This document shows, one piece after another, positions 26,992 through 37,040 of a stretch of 64,000 bases of DNA; position 1 is the first letter of the stretch; each line of letters begins with the position of its first letter. The notes under the pieces are model-generated. The model was not told where the DNA came from. It saw nothing but the letters and a program-made list of their open reading frames with translations, and did no database searches. Origin of the DNA: a virus; the IMG/VR virus record IMGVR_UViG_3300028392_000034, positions 84,971 through 148,970 of that record; one strand, written 5' to 3'. A program made the translations under genes and the position numbers.

Positions 26992-29049
26992 ATGACCCAA
27001 CAAGTTATCCAAGTAGGAGCCGAACCAAATGACGGGCAGGGCACCCCTTTACGCAACTCTTTTATCATTACCAATGAAAATTTTACAGAACTTTATGCTC
27101 GTGCCCAGGTCTCTCCTCCTACTACTTTAGTTGGACAGATAGGTGATCAAGCCGGTTGGTATGCCTACGACAGCACGTATTTTTACTATTGCTTTGCAGA
27201 TTATGATGGAACCAGTGTTATTTGGGCACAGATAAGTCAAATTGGCAATGTAACCGTTACTACCATTCAAAATGGAACCAGTAATGTAGCCATTACCAAC
27301 ATCAATGGTAATGTAATTACTGGAGTCAGCGGATTCTCAAATGTTGTAACGGTTGCTGCCACTGGACAATATGTTCAAGGTGTTGTTAGTGCTCTTGGCA
27401 ATGTCACTGGCAGTTACATTTTAGGCAACGGTAGTCAATTAACTGGGCTTCCAGCAACTTACACCAATTCAAATGTTACCACATTGTTGGCCACATTTGG
27501 ATCAAATACAATTTCGTCCACTGGTAATATTACCAGTGGTAATCTAAGTGTAACTAATAATAGTGTTACTGTCGGCAATGTCACAGGTGGAAATTTAACC
27601 ACTGGTGGGCAAGTTAGTGCCACTGGCAACATTGTAACAGATCAATATTTTGTTGGCAACTTTTTTGGTAACATCACCGGTAACTTTGTAGTCCCTGGCA
27701 GCAATACTCAAGTTATATTCAATACCAACGGCAATGCTGATGCCGTCGCCGGTATGACTTTTAACAGAGATTCTAACACATTTATAGTATTAGGAGTTGT
27801 AAGTAGCCAAGGTAATGTTATAAGTGGAAACTTGACCACTGGTGGTCAAGTAAGTGCCACTGGCAATGTCAGAGGTGGCAATGTATTGACCACTGGTGTG
27901 ATCAGTGCTACCGGGAATGCCACAGTTGGTAATATCAGTGCTACAAATTACACCGGAACCGCAGTCAGTGTCACGGGCAATGTAACAAGTGCTAATGTAT
28001 CAACTGGCGGTGTGGTCAGCGCCACAGGTAATGTCAGTTCTGCAGGCAATGTTTCGGGCAATTATCTTCGTGCTACCCTTGACGTCAATGCCGGCGGAAA
28101 TGTATCGGCTACTGCACATACCGGAACCGCAGTCAATGTCACTGGCAACATAACAGGTGGCAATGTATTAACTGGTGGACAAGTAAGTGCTGTTGGCAAC
28201 ATAACTGGTAACTATTTTGTTGGTAACGGATCTGCACTAACCGGCGTCAGCAATTATGGCGACAGCAATGTCAACACACTGCTGGCCGCGTGGGGGTCCA
28301 ATACAGTATTAACCACTGGCACAATCACAGCCGGCAATGTAACAGGTGGCAATGTATTAACTGGTGGATTGGTAAGTGCTGTTGGCAACATAACTGGTGG
28401 CAACGTAGTAACAGGTGGATTGGTAAGTGCTGTTGGCAACATAACTGGTAACTATTTTGTTGGTAACGGATCTGCACTAACTGGTGTGATTGCCACTGGA
28501 ATTGGCACCATTGGCTCGTTGAGTGTAACCGGCAACATAACAGCTGGCAATATAACCGTGTCAACTGGCACTGTATCAGTGGGCAGCATAACAAACAACA
28601 ACAGCAACGCCGTTGGCAATATTGGTAGTTCGAGCAGCTATTTTAACACTGTGTTTGCTAAAGCCACTAGTGCTCAATATGCTGACTTGGCTGAAAATTA
28701 TCTAGCTGACACAGATTACACACCAGGCACTGTGGTTGTGTTTGGTGGCGAGCAAGAAATAACTATCAGCACCGACGTTGCTGATGAACGGGTAGCTGGT
28801 GCAATATCTACCAATCCGGCGCATTTAATGAATGCCGCCATGCCAGGATTACCAGTGGCATTGCGTGGACGAGTGCCGGTCAATGTCGTTGGGTCTGTAG
28901 TTAAGGGTGACAGTCTGGTAACCAGTTCGACTGCAGGACATGCTCAAAGCGTTGGCCGCAGTCGTTTATATGGACAGGCTGTGTTTGCCAAGGCTCTTGA
29001 AACCAATCTTGAGGACGGCAAAAAAGTTATTATCGCTGTTATAATTTAA
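26992..29049 (+). CDS. Tail fibre/spike protein with GN(V/I)TGGN repeats and a C-terminal chaperone-like domain
   Basis: N-terminal GAEPNDGQGTPLR; 17-aa repeats; AQYADLAENY...VALRGRVPV. Confidence 0.85.
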   Translation: MTQQVIQVGAEPNDGQGTPLRNSFIITNENFTELYARAQVSPPTTLVGQIGDQAGWYAYDSTYFYYCFADYDGTSVIWAQISQIGNVTVTTIQNGTSNVAITNINGNVITGVSGFSNVVTVAATGQYVQGVVSALGNVTGSYILGNGSQLTGLPATYTNSNVTTLLATFGSNTISSTGNITSGNLSVTNNSVTVGNVTGGNLTTGGQVSATGNIVTDQYFVGNFFGNITGNFVVPGSNTQVIFNTNGNADAVAGMTFNRDSNTFIVLGVVSSQGNVISGNLTTGGQVSATGNVRGGNVLTTGVISATGNATVGNISATNYTGTAVSVTGNVTSANVSTGGVVSATGNVSSAGNVSGNYLRATLDVNAGGNVSATAHTGTAVNVTGNITGGNVLTGGQVSAVGNITGNYFVGNGSALTGVSNYGDSNVNTLLAAWGSNTVLTTGTITAGNVTGGNVLTGGLVSAVGNITGGNVVTGGLVSAVGNITGNYFVGNGSALTGVIATGIGTIGSLSVTGNITAGNITVSTGTVSVGSITNNNSNAVGNIGSSSSYFNTVFAKATSAQYADLAENYLADTDYTPGTVVVFGGEQEITISTDVADERVAGAISTNPAHLMNAAMPGLPVALRGRVPVNVVGSVVKGDSLVTSSTAGHAQSVGRSRLYGQAVFAKALETNLEDGKKVIIAVII
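28150..28483 (+). repeat. Near-identical intragenic repeats (51-nt unit and longer duplicated block)
   Basis: GTAAGTGCTGTTGGCAACATAACTGGT x3; AACTATTTTGTTGGTAACGGATCTGCACTAAC x2; boundaries approximate. Confidence 0.8.
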
Positions 29050-29050
29050 T

Positions 29051-31513
29051 ATGTCACAACCGGTTTGGCAAACTCCTGCTGGTAGCCTAGGGACCATACC
29101 CGAAGGAGTCTTTTACAGTCTTCCTTTATTGGCCACAGCTGACAATACTGTATATTATCAGCTAATAGCTGGTGCATTACCTCGCGGTATGCAGATTAAT
29201 GAAACAGGAATTATCACCGGAGTTCCAAACGCCCGGGCAACAATTCAAGGCGTTCCACTTGATGTGCCAGTAGACACTCTGAGTAAGTTTGCCGTAAGAG
29301 CGTATACACGAACCGGTATGGTAATCAATCGACTGGCCGACAGAACGTTTACCATTGAAGTGGCCAATACCGCGATTCCTGCATTTGTTACACCGGCAGG
29401 GCAACTGGCTCAGTTGTATGATGCCAGTTTAATTACAGATTTGCAAATACAATACACAGGCCCGGATAATACCATAGTTAAACTGATAGCAGGCAGCTTA
29501 CCTCCTGGTTTAACTATCAGCACTGCCGGATTGATATCTGGTTTAATTGGCCTTAGTAGCGCAAACACTGACTATGCGTTTACACTACAACTGACCGATG
29601 GCACAGTAAACGGAACTGTTAATAGATCATTCAGTATATATGTATGGAGTAGAAATAGTCTTTCGGCTGACGATACATATATCACCTCAGACAACACATT
29701 TATTACTGCCGACGGAACACCTATACTTGTGCCAGTATTATTAAATACTCCCGGATCAATTGGTACTGTGCGTAGTGACAATTTCTTTGCTTATCAATTC
29801 AATGGTGTAGATTTAAATGGTGATCAATTTCAGTATTCTACTGACGCCGACATACCTGGACTGACATTAGATCCCAATTCAGGTTGGTTCTATGGAAACA
29901 TTCCTCCATTGGGTATAAACAATCAAACGTATTCTTTTAACATTTATCTGCAATTAGTTGCCTACCCTGACTACATTAGTCCTCCATATGCGTTTTCATT
30001 AACTGTAATCGGACCAGTAAGTGCTGATGTAACTTGGTTGGTTCCTGACAATCTTGGAACAATCGACAACGGTGCCACTAGCACATTTTATGTAGCGGCT
30101 GTAAATAGAAGTGGTGTAACACTACAATATCAACTGCTGTCAGGCAGTGATAGTTTATTACCTCAAGGTTTAGAATTATTACCCTCGGGTGAAATTGCCG
30201 GGCGAGTAAGTTTTAATACTTTTGCCTTGGACATGGGCACAACTACATTTGACAACAACACTACTACATTTGATTTGGTTTACTATTTTACAGTTACCGC
30301 TTATAGTGTTGATGGTTTAATCAGCTCTAACAAAGTATTTTCAATTCGAGTCAACCGAGCCTATAACGAGCCTTACGACAATCTTTATATTCAGGCCATG
30401 CCACCACTCAATGATCGGGCCGTGATCAATAGTCTGCTACAAAATAGTGATATTTTTCAACAAAACTTATTATATCGCCCAACCGATCCCAACTTTGGTG
30501 TGGCAAAAAATGTAACTTATTATCATGCGTATGGTCTTAGTGCCGCCACATTGGATGAATATGTAGCCAGTTTAGACATTAACCACTATTGGAAAAATCT
30601 TGTGCTGGGTTCTATCGAAGTTGCACAGGCCATTGATAGTTCAGGAACGGTCATCTACGAAGTGGTCTACAGTAGAATCATTGATGACCTGGTCAACGCA
30701 CAAGGCCAAAGTGTCAGTAAAGATGTCACACTACCCTATCCTGTCACTGCCGAATTACCGTATCCTAAAAACTCAACAGTGAGTGTCAGCACAGTATATC
30801 CTAACAGTTTGATCAACATGCGAGATCAAGTTATTGATGTAGTAGGACAAATTTCAAATACATTGCCCTTGTGGATGATTTGTAAACAGGCCAATGGCCA
30901 AACTTTGGGCTTTACTCCGGCCTGGGTCATAGCCTATGCCAATCCCGGACGCGGTGAACAATTGGCCTATTATATTGGTCAAGATTTTATTGACCAACTC
31001 AACGTGATTGACTTTGAAGTTGATCGTTACGAATTAGACAATCTATTAACCCGGAATTGGAATAGAGCCGATCAACATTGGGGCTATTCCGACAATTCAG
31101 CGATCCCGTACCCAGCTAGCTTGACCACGTTTGACCTTATTGGATTACCTATATTCTCTTCGACTGAATCATACCAAGTTGGGCAGGTTGTGGAATATCA
31201 AACTATACGCGGCGACGTCAGAATTAATAAAATATACGAATGTATACAAGCGACTGTGCCAGGAACGTTGCCCACTGATCCTGCATATTGGAATCAAAAT
31301 GGTCAAAATATCGGCAGCTGGATCAACGACGCAGATGCAATAACCACCTGGGAAGATGACTATTTTACACTGACCAATTGGACTTATGCAACACCACCGG
31401 GTACTACGTTTGACGGCGGAAGTATGCAGTTCACTGCGCCAGTTGACATGTATTCTAACACCAATGTATACGATAAATATCTCGTATTCCCCCGACGCAA
31501 TATTTTAGGATAA
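29051..31513 (+). CDS. Baseplate/virion structural protein with Ig-like repeats
   Basis: Repeated TPAGxLG, GxLPxGLx...GxIxG motifs. Confidence 0.75.
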   Translation: MSQPVWQTPAGSLGTIPEGVFYSLPLLATADNTVYYQLIAGALPRGMQINETGIITGVPNARATIQGVPLDVPVDTLSKFAVRAYTRTGMVINRLADRTFTIEVANTAIPAFVTPAGQLAQLYDASLITDLQIQYTGPDNTIVKLIAGSLPPGLTISTAGLISGLIGLSSANTDYAFTLQLTDGTVNGTVNRSFSIYVWSRNSLSADDTYITSDNTFITADGTPILVPVLLNTPGSIGTVRSDNFFAYQFNGVDLNGDQFQYSTDADIPGLTLDPNSGWFYGNIPPLGINNQTYSFNIYLQLVAYPDYISPPYAFSLTVIGPVSADVTWLVPDNLGTIDNGATSTFYVAAVNRSGVTLQYQLLSGSDSLLPQGLELLPSGEIAGRVSFNTFALDMGTTTFDNNTTTFDLVYYFTVTAYSVDGLISSNKVFSIRVNRAYNEPYDNLYIQAMPPLNDRAVINSLLQNSDIFQQNLLYRPTDPNFGVAKNVTYYHAYGLSAATLDEYVASLDINHYWKNLVLGSIEVAQAIDSSGTVIYEVVYSRIIDDLVNAQGQSVSKDVTLPYPVTAELPYPKNSTVSVSTVYPNSLINMRDQVIDVVGQISNTLPLWMICKQANGQTLGFTPAWVIAYANPGRGEQLAYYIGQDFIDQLNVIDFEVDRYELDNLLTRNWNRADQHWGYSDNSAIPYPASLTTFDLIGLPIFSSTESYQVGQVVEYQTIRGDVRINKIYECIQATVPGTLPTDPAYWNQNGQNIGSWINDADAITTWEDDYFTLTNWTYATPPGTTFDGGSMQFTAPVDMYSNTNVYDKYLVFPRRNILG

Positions 31514-31516
31514 AAA

Positions 31517-32572
31517 ATGACAGTTCCATTCACATTCGGCACAGAATCCAGCCCAATTCCATTAAGTCAGCTAGATGCAAATTTTGCTGCCCCAATAGCA
31601 TTTGCCAACACAGCAGGCAATGTTGCCAATGCTGCACAGCCAAATATTACCAGTGTTGGCACGTTGACTTCGTTGTCAGTCGCTGGCAATGTCACAGGTG
31701 GGAACTTGGTAACCAATGGCGCTGTATCAATCACTGGTAATATTGCAGTAGGCAACATTGCCACCGGCGGGCGTGTCAGTGCTACAGGCAATGTTACAGG
31801 TGGTAACTTATTAACAGCTGGATCGATTAGTGCCACCGGCAATGCCACTGTTGGCAACATATCAGTCACAGGTATCTTAGGCCTTGGTTCAACTGCGTCA
31901 ATTACTGGTAATGTCAATGCTGGCGGAAACATAACTTCCACTGGTGATATCAGCACTCAAGGTAATGTGCTGGCACAAGGTATTGTGTCAGCCACTGGTA
32001 ACATTGTGACTGCTGGCAAGTTTGTGGGAGCTTTTCAGGGCAGCATTGTTGGAAACATCACAGGTGCACCTGGATCAACTTCGCAAGTTTTATTCAATAC
32101 CTCTGGCAACGTTGATGCTGTTGGCGGATTGACCTATAACAAAGGATCTAATGCATTGGGTGTGCTAGGTACAATATCAGCACAGGGCAATATTACTACG
32201 GGTGGTAATTTATCAGTGGCGGCTAATGTATCAGTTACTGGTACAACTCAATTGGTTGGAATAGCTACAGCACCAACAGCATCAACTGGCACAAACAACA
32301 ATCAAGTGGCCACCGCGGCTTTTGTTAACAATCAAATAACTGCCTTCCAAAGTGCCAGTCTGGGAACTATGTCTAGCCAAAATGCCAATGCTGTTTCAAT
32401 CACCGGTGGCGCCATTGGCAATGTGTCAGCAGTTGGTTTATCTGGCGGCTGGTCTATAACTCCTAGTGGAAATACATTGTTTTTTAGTTTTAGCGGAAGT
32501 AATATTGCTAAGTTAGATTCAAGTGGCAACTTTACCACCATCGGCAATATAACTGGATCTGGAACCTTGTAA
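31517..32572 (+). CDS. Tail fibre-like protein
   Basis: AQPNITSVGTL, GN repeats; shares a module with ORF 26992. Confidence 0.8.
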   Translation: MTVPFTFGTESSPIPLSQLDANFAAPIAFANTAGNVANAAQPNITSVGTLTSLSVAGNVTGGNLVTNGAVSITGNIAVGNIATGGRVSATGNVTGGNLLTAGSISATGNATVGNISVTGILGLGSTASITGNVNAGGNITSTGDISTQGNVLAQGIVSATGNIVTAGKFVGAFQGSIVGNITGAPGSTSQVLFNTSGNVDAVGGLTYNKGSNALGVLGTISAQGNITTGGNLSVAANVSVTGTTQLVGIATAPTASTGTNNNQVATAAFVNNQITAFQSASLGTMSSQNANAVSITGGAIGNVSAVGLSGGWSITPSGNTLFFSFSGSNIAKLDSSGNFTTIGNITGSGTL

Positions 32573-33510
32573 TGACTTTGCCTACTTCAGGACCTATAAG
32601 TCTCGTTGACATACAGGCAGAGTTTGGCGGCCCAACACCAATCAAGTTAGAGAATTATTATCGTGGTGGTGCCTATGTGCTAGACACTGATTATGCACCA
32701 AATGTACCAGCGTCGGGTCCTATTAGCCTTGGCGATTTTTATGGAGCTAAACGCACAGGATTAACTACTGTTAGTTTTAATAATGTGGGAAGTAATTTTA
32801 TAATTCTTCCAGCAACTTTTTCTGGTAATTTGACCATTGTTACAATGACTGGTGGTGGAGGTGGTGGAGGTGGCCCAGACAGCCAGCCAGGGCGAGTAGG
32901 GTATCCTGGATTAACTATCACCGGTGGAAATATACCTGCAAGCCCAGGAGATGTAATCAACGCCTATGTTGGAGGCGGAGGTGGCGCAGGTGGATCCGGC
33001 GGCGGCGGTGGCGGTGGGGGTGGCAAGATTATTTGCACCAAACTATATGAACTTGGACTAATGAGCAAAGAAATATATCTTGCAGATCAAGCATTTGGTG
33101 CAGAGTTAGTTAAATCTCATCCAGATATCTACAATGGTTATCGCGCCTGGGCTGAAATAGTAGTGGACTGGATGGACGGACGCGGACCTAAAATGATGCC
33201 TTGGATGTCAGATGAAGATTTTAGCAATGCTGCCCGGTCTTGGTCTACTCGATGGGCACAAGCTATTGCTACACCGTGGGCCGAAGAAATGGCCTATCAA
33301 ATGTCAGAAAGTATGTTGCCCAACAATACAGGTAAAGCCATTATGGCCATCGGAACACCGATATGTAAAATAGTCGGTGTATGGCAACGAGTCGTTGGGC
33401 CAAGCAACAAACCAGCTGGATTTGGAAAAGGGTTGATGTTGATTCCTGTATTTGTCTTACTTAAACTTGTAGCCGAACTAGGACGATTGATTGAAGGAAA
33501 AAAACCATGA
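32572..33510 (+). CDS. Tail-tip glycine-rich protein N-terminal half fused to a GGKIICT helical domain
   Basis: MTLPTSGPISL...IQAEFGG; Gly tracts; KIICTKLYELG...GYRAWA. Confidence 0.75.
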   Translation: MTLPTSGPISLVDIQAEFGGPTPIKLENYYRGGAYVLDTDYAPNVPASGPISLGDFYGAKRTGLTTVSFNNVGSNFIILPATFSGNLTIVTMTGGGGGGGGPDSQPGRVGYPGLTITGGNIPASPGDVINAYVGGGGGAGGSGGGGGGGGGKIICTKLYELGLMSKEIYLADQAFGAELVKSHPDIYNGYRAWAEIVVDWMDGRGPKMMPWMSDEDFSNAARSWSTRWAQAIATPWAEEMAYQMSESMLPNNTGKAIMAIGTPICKIVGVWQRVVGPSNKPAGFGKGLMLIPVFVLLKLVAELGRLIEGKKP

Positions 33511-33707
33511 TAGATCTATTAACACAAAATATATTAACTTTAAACAAAACAGATCAGGCCCAAGTGTTTCGCATGTTGTCCGACAATGCTGATGTTCTGA
33601 TAAAAGTGATACCAAACGCACCCTTATTGGTCAGTATCATAAGCGGTATGCCGGTTGACGATAGTCCAATTATTCAAGCCTACACCGCTTGGAAACATAG
33701 TTTGTAG
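33507..33707 (+). CDS. Hypothetical protein
   Basis: ATGA-coupled, RBS AAGGA. Confidence 0.6.
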   Translation: MIDLLTQNILTLNKTDQAQVFRMLSDNADVLIKVIPNAPLLVSIISGMPVDDSPIIQAYTAWKHSL

Positions 33708-33715
33708 GAAAAAAT

Positions 33716-34162
33716 ATGGCCATTACAGATTATTACGGGGGGTTAGGTGGAAGTTTTGGGGGCTCTGGATATAGCGGAGGGGGTGGCGGTGGCGGTGCCG
33801 CTTCGGTAGTTTCTGTAAACACCGTAATACTAGCTGTGGCCGGTGGTGGTGGTGGCGGGGGCGGTGGCGGGCAGTATAGTGCTGGCCTCCCCAATCAAAA
33901 CACTCCGGGTAATGCTGGTACCACATATGGTGGGTATGGGCAAGGCAAAGGCAGCGGAGACGGCGCAGGTGGAGGTGGTGGAGGTGGTGGCCAATTTGGT
34001 GGTGCAGGTGGACTTGTGACCGGTGGCGACAATGGCGCATACTCTGGAGAAAACGGCAATTGTTTAGTGCCCACCGGTGGTGTTGTATCTGCTGGATCAA
34101 ATGGCGGCAGCATTAATAGTGCAGGTGCCCAAGGAATTGTAACTTTAAGTTATTATTCTTAG
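33716..34162 (+). CDS. Glycine-rich protein (C-terminal half of a Gly-rich tail domain)
   Basis: SGGGGGGGAAS...LAVAGGGGGGG...GIVTLSY; RBS AGGA. Confidence 0.75.
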   Translation: MAITDYYGGLGGSFGGSGYSGGGGGGGAASVVSVNTVILAVAGGGGGGGGGGQYSAGLPNQNTPGNAGTTYGGYGQGKGSGDGAGGGGGGGGQFGGAGGLVTGGDNGAYSGENGNCLVPTGGVVSAGSNGGSINSAGAQGIVTLSYYS

Positions 34163-34208
34163 CCTTATTAGAGTTTGATAAATATTATAGGATAAATTAG
34201 GAATACAT

Positions 34209-35117
34209 ATGACAAGTGCAATTAACCCAAACAACATTAACGGTGCTTACCCAGTAGCCGGGCAGGACAATAATTCGCAAGGATTCCGTGATAATTTCAC
34301 AAATACCTCTACGAACTTTCAATATGCAGCTGACGAAATTTCAGATCTGCAAAGCAAAGCAGTGTTAAAAGCAGCATTAACTGGAACTACACTTGACAAC
34401 GATATGTTGGGCAGTCCTTTATCCAATGCACTATTATCTAACATGAGCGAAAATGTAGTTGTGTTAAACACAGTGAGCGGAACAACTGTTATCAACTATG
34501 CCTTGGCCAGTTATCAAACCCTAACAACCAACGGTGCTGTAAGTCTAAGTTTTACTAATTTTCCAGCAGCTGGAGCGGCCGCATCTGTAGTGGTTCAAGT
34601 CACAGTGGCCAGCACAATTCATACACTGGTATTGCCGGCCGCAGTCACAGTAAACAACACAGGAATACAAGGTCTTAATACTTCAACCAATACTATTTCG
34701 TTTGCTGCCACTGGTGTTTATAGTTTTGAATTTTCAACCAGCAATGGTGGAAGTACCATTACAGTTAGAGAAGTTAACAAAGTGTTACAGCCATTCAACA
34801 ACAGCAGTGAAAATTTAACCGACACTGCAAACGTTAATGCAGCAGTAACTACCAGTTATTTCAGCACAGTCACTTCTACTACAGCTCAATTGCTTGCAGG
34901 TGTTCCTGGACAAATTAAAACTTTGGCCATGTATTCAGCTTCGGGCAACATGAGAATCACTGTTTCCAATGCCGGATGGAAAACTTCAGGCACCGGAAAT
35001 ATCCTATTCACTGCAACTGGCCAGGCCTGCACACTACAATATATCAACAGCAATGTGGCCAACATAGCTCAAAGCAAATGGTTCTGTATTGGCAACAACG
35101 GCGCCACATTTAGCTAA
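34209..35117 (+). CDS. Virion structural protein
   Basis: YPVAGQDNNSQGFRDNF N-terminal motif; TAAATA upstream; Thr/Ser/Asn-rich. Confidence 0.75.
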   Translation: MTSAINPNNINGAYPVAGQDNNSQGFRDNFTNTSTNFQYAADEISDLQSKAVLKAALTGTTLDNDMLGSPLSNALLSNMSENVVVLNTVSGTTVINYALASYQTLTTNGAVSLSFTNFPAAGAAASVVVQVTVASTIHTLVLPAAVTVNNTGIQGLNTSTNTISFAATGVYSFEFSTSNGGSTITVREVNKVLQPFNNSSENLTDTANVNAAVTTSYFSTVTSTTAQLLAGVPGQIKTLAMYSASGNMRITVSNAGWKTSGTGNILFTATGQACTLQYINSNVANIAQSKWFCIGNNGATFS

Positions 35118-35127
35118 CCAAAACTCA

Positions 35128-35162
35128 TTGACTTTTGTCACGAGATCATATACAATCAGTAT
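35128..35162 (+). promoter_or_regulatory. Sigma70 promoter, leaderless
   Basis: TTGACT-17-TACAAT-CAGTAT-ATG. Confidence 0.7.
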
Positions 35163-35384
35163 ATGGAACATCCTTTAATTGGTAGTTTGGAAGATTTTAC
35201 ACCCGAACAACTGCTGGAAAAAATTACCGAACTAAGTCGCAAATTGGGCATAGCCTACAGCATGGGCAATGGCCATCTTTGCAATCAACTCAGAATGGCC
35301 ATTGAAAGCCATCAAAACAAATACCAAGAAAAAATTCGCCGCAACACCGACACCAACTTTGATGGAGTAATCGACATCTCATGA
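35163..35384 (+). CDS. Hypothetical helical protein
   Basis: 73 aa directly after promoter. Confidence 0.7.
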   Translation: MEHPLIGSLEDFTPEQLLEKITELSRKLGIAYSMGNGHLCNQLRMAIESHQNKYQEKIRRNTDTNFDGVIDIS

Positions 35385-35992
35385 ACGTTAGACTTAAACA
35401 CGACATACAATTTACCGCGGGCATATACCATGACAATAAACTGATCATGAACAACTACACTCTTAGATTGTGGATGACCACCAACAGTGAAAATTCTGTT
35501 GACCAAAGTATTTCATTTGAACGAATTAAGTATTTTGTCTACACTCAAATCGACAATACTATTTTTATCAACAGTAACCAAAAAGCACAATGCACTCTTT
35601 TTTCCAAAGCTGGGCTCGATATTACAACCATGCCAAATGATCCTGTTGACCAATTGGTAGGAATAATGTTATACTACAAGTTAAATGCCATTACAGAAGA
35701 TCGTATGATTATTATGGAAACTGAAATATCCAGCACATACGGTGCTAATATGACGTATCTACATTCTGATTTTGAAAACACTTCTGGATTCAAACAACCC
35801 GACTGGTGGACTAGTCCCGACTTAGCTCACAGTGATTTTGTGCTCGCTAATAAATCTGAAAAAGTATTATCTATACCAACCAGCACAGATTGGAGAGAGT
35901 TGGAATTGGCCTGGTCCGACGAACCTGCAGCAAACTCTCCAGGAAATGTTGTAGTGTTTGCAGATTTTAAACAGCCCAATGAAACAAAATAA
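35381..35992 (+). CDS. Hypothetical protein
   Basis: 203 aa, ATGA-coupled. Confidence 0.75.
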   Translation: MNVRLKHDIQFTAGIYHDNKLIMNNYTLRLWMTTNSENSVDQSISFERIKYFVYTQIDNTIFINSNQKAQCTLFSKAGLDITTMPNDPVDQLVGIMLYYKLNAITEDRMIIMETEISSTYGANMTYLHSDFENTSGFKQPDWWTSPDLAHSDFVLANKSEKVLSIPTSTDWRELELAWSDEPAANSPGNVVVFADFKQPNETK

Positions 35993-36500
35993 ATTCGGTG
36001 AACTAGTATTTTCAGAAGATGACATTTGTGACTTGTTGATGCAAGGGCGCACTGTCGATTCTTTACAACGCATGACAGTTGATGAAACGGTTGATCTTGA
36101 AAATTTAGTCGGGCTGATTGAAAAGCCAGAATCATTGTTTCGTTGGAGCTTCCCTCATAACAGCGACATAGCAGTTCCAGAGTTTCATTTGACACAACAA
36201 AATAGTTGGCACATGCCTGCGGAATATAAGCAGTTGGATATTGCAGAACATATACTTGGACTTTGTAAATCTGAAGCTGAACTACAGCGATGCGGGGAAG
36301 AATTATTGCTATTCCAAGAACGCAATCTGTTTGACCTGTTACGATATTTAAAATATCTAGTGGATGTTATGACCATTAATTGTGTCATTTGGGGAGTAGG
36401 ACGTGGATCGAGTGTGGCCAGTTATGTTTTATACAAATTGGGCGTTCATCGAATTGACAGCCTATTCTATAATTTAGACTGCCGTGAATTTCTGCGTTAA
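35979..36500 (+). CDS. dnaE: DNA polymerase III alpha (family C) palm fragment
   Basis: GVGRGSSVASYVLYKLGVHRID...FLR; ends before the PDID motif. Confidence 0.8.
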   Translation: MKQNKFGELVFSEDDICDLLMQGRTVDSLQRMTVDETVDLENLVGLIEKPESLFRWSFPHNSDIAVPEFHLTQQNSWHMPAEYKQLDIAEHILGLCKSEAELQRCGEELLLFQERNLFDLLRYLKYLVDVMTINCVIWGVGRGSSVASYVLYKLGVHRIDSLFYNLDCREFLR

Positions 36501-36527
36501 ATACAGGTATATGCTAAGGAAATCAAA

Positions 36528-37031
36528 ATGACACGCAACGTTTATAAATCAGCCATGGGTAAAACAGTAGACATGGGATCATTGTTATTGCAAAACGAAA
36601 GAGTTCGAGCTGTGGGCAACATGAATGTAAATGCTCGCGGCGATCGTTTGAACAGTAATAACGAAATAGTTGAGCCAAAAAATCAACAAGCTCAACGTAG
36701 GTATAAAAAGCAAACCAATGTATCTGCTGGACCAGCACATTCAAGCACACGTTCGGCCAAAGAAGCAGTTCAACAGCCCGTGGTTGACCCCACCGATAGT
36801 TTTTCAGATCTGCCAATAGACGAGCCACCTGCAGAACCAGTGGTTGTTCCAGAACCAGCCACACCTATAGTGACAGCACCTCCTCCAGTGTCTCCAGAGC
36901 GTCAGAATACTCCGACACCGGCCCAGGGCGGCGGCCTAGCCGGCGCTATTGCTAGATCTAGAGAAGTCAAACAAGAATTGGAAAAAACACGTCGCCAACA
37001 AGCACAGGCGCAAGGCGTAAGAAGGATTTAA
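36528..37031 (+). CDS. Hypothetical late protein with Pro-rich tail
   Basis: TAAATA and AAGGA upstream; AVGNMNVNARGD. Confidence 0.75.
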   Translation: MTRNVYKSAMGKTVDMGSLLLQNERVRAVGNMNVNARGDRLNSNNEIVEPKNQQAQRRYKKQTNVSAGPAHSSTRSAKEAVQQPVVDPTDSFSDLPIDEPPAEPVVVPEPATPIVTAPPPVSPERQNTPTPAQGGGLAGAIARSREVKQELEKTRRQQAQAQGVRRI

Positions 37032-37040
37032 AAGGACCGT

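Noticed and set aside
28150-28483. DGR template/variable repeat pair
   Set aside because: Differences not adenine-specific, repeats are intragenic structural units, no reverse transcriptase in the window
33025-33730. Intein or self-splicing intron in the Gly-rich gene
   Set aside because: No Hint motifs or terminal HN, no recognisable group I/II core; downstream ORFs have their own RBS. Not formally excluded without a covariance search
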